Shown here: piece by piece, positions 60,405 through 64,000 of the stretch
How the letters are laid out: each line of letters begins with the position of its first letter
How positions within the stretch are numbered: position 1 is the first letter of the stretch
Origin: Deferrisomatales bacterium
Lineage (GTDB): Bacteria; Desulfobacterota; Deferrisomatia; Deferrisomatales; JACRMM01
Assembly (NCBI GenBank): GCA_033551855.1
Contig: JAWSUI010000001.1
Location: 64,001 to 128,000 of the forward strand
Length of the DNA: 64,000 nucleotides
Direction: 5' to 3'
Translations under genes and position numbers: made by a program
Notes under the pieces: model-generated
The model's input: the letters and a program-made list of their open reading frames with translations, nothing else
The model's database searches: none
What the model was told of the DNA's origin: nothing

Positions 60405-61595
60405 TCAGGTGAAGCGCTCTCCTTCGGAAGGGGTGAGCAGGCCGGGGAGCAGGGAAGCCCCCAGGGCGAGGGCGCCGAAGACCGTCACGCCGTGGGCGAA
60501 AGAGGCGAGCTCCCCGAACCAGGATATGGCCGCCGGCACCGCCCCTCCCCCCAGCAAGAAGGCCAGGGGGACGGTTAGGGATACGGCGACGTTTCGCACC
60601 TCCGGGGTACCCAGCTGGGAGAGCGCCGCAAAGGCTGGAGGGAAGAAGCACACCGCGACCAAAGGCTGGAGGAGCACGGCCCCGGCCACCCAGGCTCCGG
60701 GGAGGACGCCCAAGAGCACGGTGAAGGCCCCGGTCGCGAGGAACACGCCCTGAAGGGCCCTGCGGGGCCCGAGTCGATCCGCTGCCCACCCCGCCCCAAA
60801 GGCGGCCACGAGCCCGGACAGACGGGACACCGCGACGAGGACGTTCACCCACTCGCGCTCCATGCCCCTCTCGGTCACGAGGTACAGGGGAAGGACCGCG
60901 TACACCCCCAAGCTCCCTCCAATGCCGAGGGTGAACAAGGCGACGAGCAGCCAGAACGATCGGGACCGGATCAGGAGCCCCAAGGTCCGCGGGCTGGGGA
61001 CCTCCCCGCGAAACTCGCCACCCCGGCCGCGCCCCAGGAAGGCCAGGGCGGCGAGCAGGGAGGCGGCGCCCAGGAGTCCCGGGGCTGCCTGCCAGGGGAA
61101 CCGGGCCAGGAAGGCCTCGGCCAGGAGCGGTGCGGCCACGAATGCCAGATTGGGGGCCATCTCGTGGACGGCCAAGGCCCGACCCCGCACGGTCGGGGCC
61201 ACCAGGGAAGAGAGGGTGGCGATGCCCGAGGGGAGGTACAGGCCGGCACCCGCCCCGAGGGCGAGCAGGCCCGCCCGGATGCCGTTCAGGTCCTCTGCCA
61301 CGGAGATGGCCACCAGTGCGGCGCCGGTGCAGGCGGCCGACGCGACCACGGTCCGGCGATGGTCGAGCCGGGAGGAAATCAGCCCGGATCCCAGAAGCCC
61401 CGCGCAGTATCCGGCCGAGACGAAGAGGAAGAGGCCCCCGGCCTGGGCGGGGGCGATGCCCAGGTCATCGACGATCGCCGGAAGCAGGGGTGCGAAGATG
61501 ACCCGGCCGACGAAGTTCAGGAAAAACATCGCCGTGAGGGCCAGCAGGGGCCCCAGGGGGATGGGTCTGGGCCCCTGGAGGACGGGGCCGGTCAC
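60405..61595 (-). CDS. MFS transporter
   Basis: About 12 TMs; GLISSRLDHRR and GWAADRLGPRR motif A. Confidence 0.88.
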   Translation of the reverse strand: MTGPVLQGPRPIPLGPLLALTAMFFLNFVGRVIFAPLLPAIVDDLGIAPAQAGGLFLFVSAGYCAGLLGSGLISSRLDHRRTVVASAACTGAALVAISVAEDLNGIRAGLLALGAGAGLYLPSGIATLSSLVAPTVRGRALAVHEMAPNLAFVAAPLLAEAFLARFPWQAAPGLLGAASLLAALAFLGRGRGGEFRGEVPSPRTLGLLIRSRSFWLLVALFTLGIGGSLGVYAVLPLYLVTERGMEREWVNVLVAVSRLSGLVAAFGAGWAADRLGPRRALQGVFLATGAFTVLLGVLPGAWVAGAVLLQPLVAVCFFPPAFAALSQLGTPEVRNVAVSLTVPLAFLLGGGAVPAAISWFGELASFAHGVTVFGALALGASLLPGLLTPSEGERFT

Positions 61596-62788
61596 ACGAA
61601 GCGTTCCATGAGGGAGCGGATCCCGTCCTCGACCCCTCCCGGCCCGTAGGCGCGGGTGAGCTCGGCCAGCACCGCCTCCGCGCGGGCGCGCAGCCCAGGG
61701 CGCTCCAGGTCTCGCAGCCCTTCCAGGAGGCCGGCCCGACGGCCGGCCTGGTAGAGGCGCTGCTCGCCGGGGTCGAGGGAGAGGAAGGCGTCGCATTGGG
61801 CCAGCAGCGGCCCCCGGTCGTCCGGAAGCTGCCCCTCCAGGTCGCCCAGGAGATTCAGGATGTGGTCGCTGGCGACCCGGGAGTGAATTCCCTCCAGACC
61901 CGCCAGGAAGTCCCGGATCTCGGAGAGGACCTCGACGTCGGTCTGGCGGGACAGCGGGGCGTCGGGCCCGTGGAAGAGGGCCCACAGGGGGAGCTTGGGG
62001 CCGAGGCACAGGGTCCGGAAGCGGATGAAGTGAGGGTCGATGGCGTTGAGGACTCGCGCCGTGTCCCTCGCGTGTCCTTCGCTCATCTCGCACCCCCCCA
62101 GCCCCGGCATCACGTACTCCGAGAGCTCCAGACCCGCCTCCACCACCCGGCGCCCGGCCCGGATGTGAAGCTCCGCCGTCGCCCCCTTGGAGATCAGGCG
62201 AAGGAGCGGGTCGTGACCGCTCTCCATGCCGATGTGGATGCGCGTGAGCCCGTGCTCGCCGTAGGAGCGCAGGTCCTCCACGGAGAGGCGGGCCACGGTG
62301 CGGGAACGGGCGTAGGTCGTGATCCTTTCGATCTCGGGGAAGCGGTTGCGGAAGTAGGCGAGCACCCGCCGCACCTGGGCAGGCTTCATGATGAGGGAGT
62401 CCGCGTCCTGAAGGAACGCCGTGCGGCCCCCGTGGGCCAGAGCATTGGCGACGCCGTACTCGGCATCGGTGCGCACGGGGCCGAGGCGCACGGCCCGGCG
62501 AGGCCCGCCGTCGGCTCCGGTCCCCTGGAGGCCGTCCCGGATTCGAGCCATGGCGTCGATGTCGGCCTCGATCTCCTCCGGGGTGCGCAGGCTGAAACGC
62601 CCGCGCTTGTAGGTGCGACAGAAGGCGCACCGGTTCCAGGGGCAGTTGCGGGTGAGGCGCAGGAGGTAGCTGCCTGCCTCGCTGGGTGGGCGGATGGGGC
62701 CGACTTCGAAGCTGTCCGTTGTCCGTTGCCCGTTGTCCGCGGGAGCTGCAGGGTCGGTGGTGGAGCCGTGCGGGTTGTCCTTGGTCAT
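61592..62788 (-). CDS. Radical SAM protein
   Basis: GPIRPPSEA, CPWNRCAFC, FLQDADSL, GMESG, SDHILNL. Confidence 0.9.
   Translation of the reverse strand: MTKDNPHGSTTDPAAPADNGQRTTDSFEVGPIRPPSEAGSYLLRLTRNCPWNRCAFCRTYKRGRFSLRTPEEIEADIDAMARIRDGLQGTGADGGPRRAVRLGPVRTDAEYGVANALAHGGRTAFLQDADSLIMKPAQVRRVLAYFRNRFPEIERITTYARSRTVARLSVEDLRSYGEHGLTRIHIGMESGHDPLLRLISKGATAELHIRAGRRVVEAGLELSEYVMPGLGGCEMSEGHARDTARVLNAIDPHFIRFRTLCLGPKLPLWALFHGPDAPLSRQTDVEVLSEIRDFLAGLEGIHSRVASDHILNLLGDLEGQLPDDRGPLLAQCDAFLSLDPGEQRLYQAGRRAGLLEGLRDLERPGLRARAEAVLAELTRAYGPGGVEDGIRSLMERFV
62712..62739. repeat. Heptamer tandem repeat (TTGTCCG-like x4)
   Basis: CTGTCCG TTGTCCG TTGCCCG TTGTCCG. Confidence 0.75.
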
Positions 62789-63390
62789 GGGGTCAGTGGG
62801 TCTCCTTGGAGGGGCTGGCGCCCGACGGAACGGGGGTACGCGTTGCGGCGCGGCGCAAGCTCGTCGACCAGGGTTCTTGGGGTCCTTACGTCTTCTTCCG
62901 TGAGCAGCCCCGGGCGTAAGCCCTGCGGAGTCATTGCTGGGCCTCGTGGAGGGAGCCGCGGGCGGTACGCACAAAGCGGCGACGGTCCCGACAGCTGCCG
63001 CGTCCCGAGCCCTCGGCGATGTTTGCTCCGACGGAGTCTGCCGATCGCACCAACTGCCGCCCGACCGTCTCCTGGGAAAACGAATCCCAGCACGCGACTA
63101 CGTGCCAGATCCCATCTGCGAGTTGCTCCGAGAGCCGATACACGTCCAGTTGCTCGAAATTGCGGTTCTTCCGGTGAACGACCGGGTGGGCCCGCCCACT
63201 CCGGCAGACGATGCCGGGCTGCACGGTGGGAGCGCTCCCGCGCCGTATCCGGGATCCTCGCGATCTTGCGGCTCCCGAAGCATTTGCTCCCGTCGAGCGG
63301 CCGTCCGCCTACGTGGTCGGACCCACCCGATCGTCCGTGGACACGAGCACCCGGTCATTTCCCAGATCATCCGAAGTTGCTCTGTCCCAC
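62785..63390 (-). pseudogene. Four-helix-bundle protein (TIGR02436 / 23S-IVP-like) pseudogene
   Basis: FEQLDVYRLSEQLAD..VGRQLVRSADSVGANIAEGSGRG..ARGSL. Broken by MITE copy C, a TGA at 62931-62933 and a frameshift near 62910. Confidence 0.85.
63164..63372 (+). mobile_element. MITE-like repeat family I, copy C
   Basis: Colinear with copies A and B; flanks GAAATTGC/GAAGTTGC. Confidence 0.88.
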
Positions 63391-63421
63391 CGCTGCCCCC
63401 GGCAATCCAACGGGCCACGGG

Positions 63422-64000
63422 CTAGGGACGATGGGCCTCTTCTCTAGCAACCAGCGCCGCGCCGAAGGCTCCCAGGAACTGGGGATGGGGGGGAACCTCG
63501 ACCTGGGCGCCGGTCCGTGCGGCCATCAGCTGGGCTACGATGGGGAAGGCACCCACCACCCCTCCGCTCATCACGATGAACGACCCGAGGGGGCCCATCT
63601 CTGCCACCCGGGCGACCACCGAGTTGAAGATCCCCCGGCACAGGTTCTCCGGGCCCTCTCCCTCGCGGATGAGCTTGATCACCTCGGTGGCCGAGAACAC
63701 GGTGCAGAAGGACGAGAGGGTGATGTCCTTCGTGGCGGCCTCGGCGTAGGCCTCGATCCTCTCCAGGGGGAGGTCCAGGCGGTGGGCCACCTCCTCGACG
63801 AAGGCCCCGGTGCCCGCGGCACACTTGCGGTTCATCAGGAAGTTCGAGACCGCGCCGTCCCGCCGAACGTGAATGATCTTGTTGTCCTGCCCACCGATGT
63901 CCACCACGTCCATCTCCCGGGGAAAGTGGTGGAACGCCCCCGCCGCGTGGCAGGAGATCTCTGTGCGCCGGGCATCGGCGAAGGCCACGTTGCGCCGGCC
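63422..64000 (-). CDS. 2-hydroxyacyl-CoA dehydratase activator / BcrAD-BadFG ATPase; 5' end outside the window
   Basis: TEISCH, DIGGQDNK, MNRKCAAGTG, SFCTVF. Confidence 0.88.
   Translation of the reverse strand, partial: GRRNVAFADARRTEISCHAAGAFHHFPREMDVVDIGGQDNKIIHVRRDGAVSNFLMNRKCAAGTGAFVEEVAHRLDLPLERIEAYAEAATKDITLSSFCTVFSATEVIKLIREGEGPENLCRGIFNSVVARVAEMGPLGSFIVMSGGVVGAFPIVAQLMAARTGAQVEVPPHPQFLGAFGAALVAREEAHRP

Noticed and set aside
62931..62933. In-frame TGA in the four-helix gene as selenocysteine or readthrough
   Set aside because: It falls at a probable Trp position, and the gene also has a frameshift and a MITE insertion, so it is a pseudogene.
62785..63390. Diversity-generating retroelement (Avd-like fold)
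   Set aside because: No reverse transcriptase and no TR/VR pair with adenine-specific mismatches are seen in the window.
63422..64000. Terminal activase as the missing part of the benzoyl-CoA reductase
   Set aside because: It is another ATPase-type subunit, not BzdN/O, and it lies 44 kb away in a different operon; its partners are outside the window.

Overview
High-GC bacterial chromosomal window containing the replication origin. Gene content is most consistent with an anaerobic Desulfobacterota/deltaproteobacterium (inference). From left to right: cysE and futalosine-pathway menaquinone genes; mgtE with a candidate proline-rich leader-peptide attenuator; a sigma54-driven anaerobic benzoyl-CoA degradation operon carrying only the ATPase half (bzdPQ) of a class I benzoyl-CoA reductase, plus dch/had/oah; speA with a carboxy(nor)spermidine dehydrogenase; an accessory patch (two-component system, lipoprotein, SatD pair, PilZ, tandem-GAF protein, dodecin); gyrB-recF-dnaN-oriC-dnaA; tRNA-Phe; rsmE; selB followed by a collapsed fdhD-like ORF with an in-frame TGA; lapA/B-like gene, gpmI, comF, M23 peptidase, moaA, PBP1A, tolB-pal-cpoB, icd, gltA, dedA, MFS, radical SAM; and a four-helix-bundle pseudogene. 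The intergenic DNA holds two dispersed repeat families. One is a ~209-bp MITE-like element (5 copies, 8-bp target duplications, nested inverted repeats). The other is an older ~170-bp element lying a near-constant distance upstream of three putative promoters. All calls come from reading the sequence by eye; no searches or folding programs were run.
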